The notes under the pieces are model-generated. The model saw nothing but the letters and a program-made list of their open reading frames with translations. It searched no databases and was not told where the DNA came from. DNA of 64,000 bases, from NCBI GenBank assembly GCA_011109175.1, contig RDEW01000010.1:186001-250000 (forward strand). The letters run 5' to 3'. Each line of letters opens with the position of its first letter. The stretch's first letter is position 1. This document shows, in pieces, positions 63,723 through 64,000 of this stretch. A program made the position numbers and the translations under genes. This DNA comes from Dicyema japonicum (taxonomy: Eukaryota > Animalia > Dicyemida).

Positions 63723-64000
63723 TTGACTAATATTTTATTTTTCAATATAAATTTAATAATATTTATAATATAAAATTTAATATAAAATAATTTAATTGAA
63801 ATTATCAACATTATATTTTTTTTGTTTTTTTAAATCCCCTGACCTAAAAATTAACTTTTAACTAATTTTAAATTGTTTTTAATTAACAATTTTTTATCTT
63901 AAAAGGTTTTTTATAATTAAAATTTTCTCTATAAGTCGTTTCCTCTTAAGCAACTATGGGAGTAAACCCAATTTTCACAGTCCTTTTCCTTTTCCTCAAT

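Noticed and set aside
1-64000. CRISPR array, rRNA, snRNA (U1, U2, U4, U5, U6), alternative genetic code
   Set aside because: No regularly spaced repeats or snRNA/rRNA signatures were seen; in-frame stops in host genes are resolved by micro-introns, and those in TEs reflect decay.

Overview
AT-rich eukaryotic (animal) genomic DNA. About 13 host genes are broken by very short GT-AG introns, mostly 22-30 nt where measured, so the ORF track fragments or misses them. Host genes: a miniature USF-like bHLH-Zip factor, HAT1, kinesin-5, RPB6, CFAP68, an innexin, BCKDHB, Mask/ANKHD1, a long coiled-coil protein, CFAP45, CCDC81, NUDT14 and an SLC7/LAT transporter. Innexin, motile-cilia genes and ~25-nt introns together suggest a dicyemid-like parasite genome; this is inference, not a database match. 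By hand estimate, a third or more of the window is decayed transposons, all intergenic: RTE LINEs, CRE-like and R4-like restriction-like-endonuclease (RLE) non-LTR elements, an I-group/Jockey-like LINE family, tRNA-derived SINEs, and hAT and MULE remnants. The best leads are: (i) a six-copy RTE-5'-associated motif with HDV-ribozyme-like nested-pseudoknot topology; (ii) a near full-length CRE-like element carrying an N-terminal PHD finger; (iii) a twin-priming-type 5' inversion in an RLE retrocopy; (iv) RFX X-box-like 13-mers 2-3 nt upstream of the ATG in all three ciliary genes; (v) a 107-aa USF flanked by E-boxes. No CRISPR array, rRNA or intact tRNA was found. Gene models and TE boundaries were built by hand and are approximate unless exact coordinates are given.
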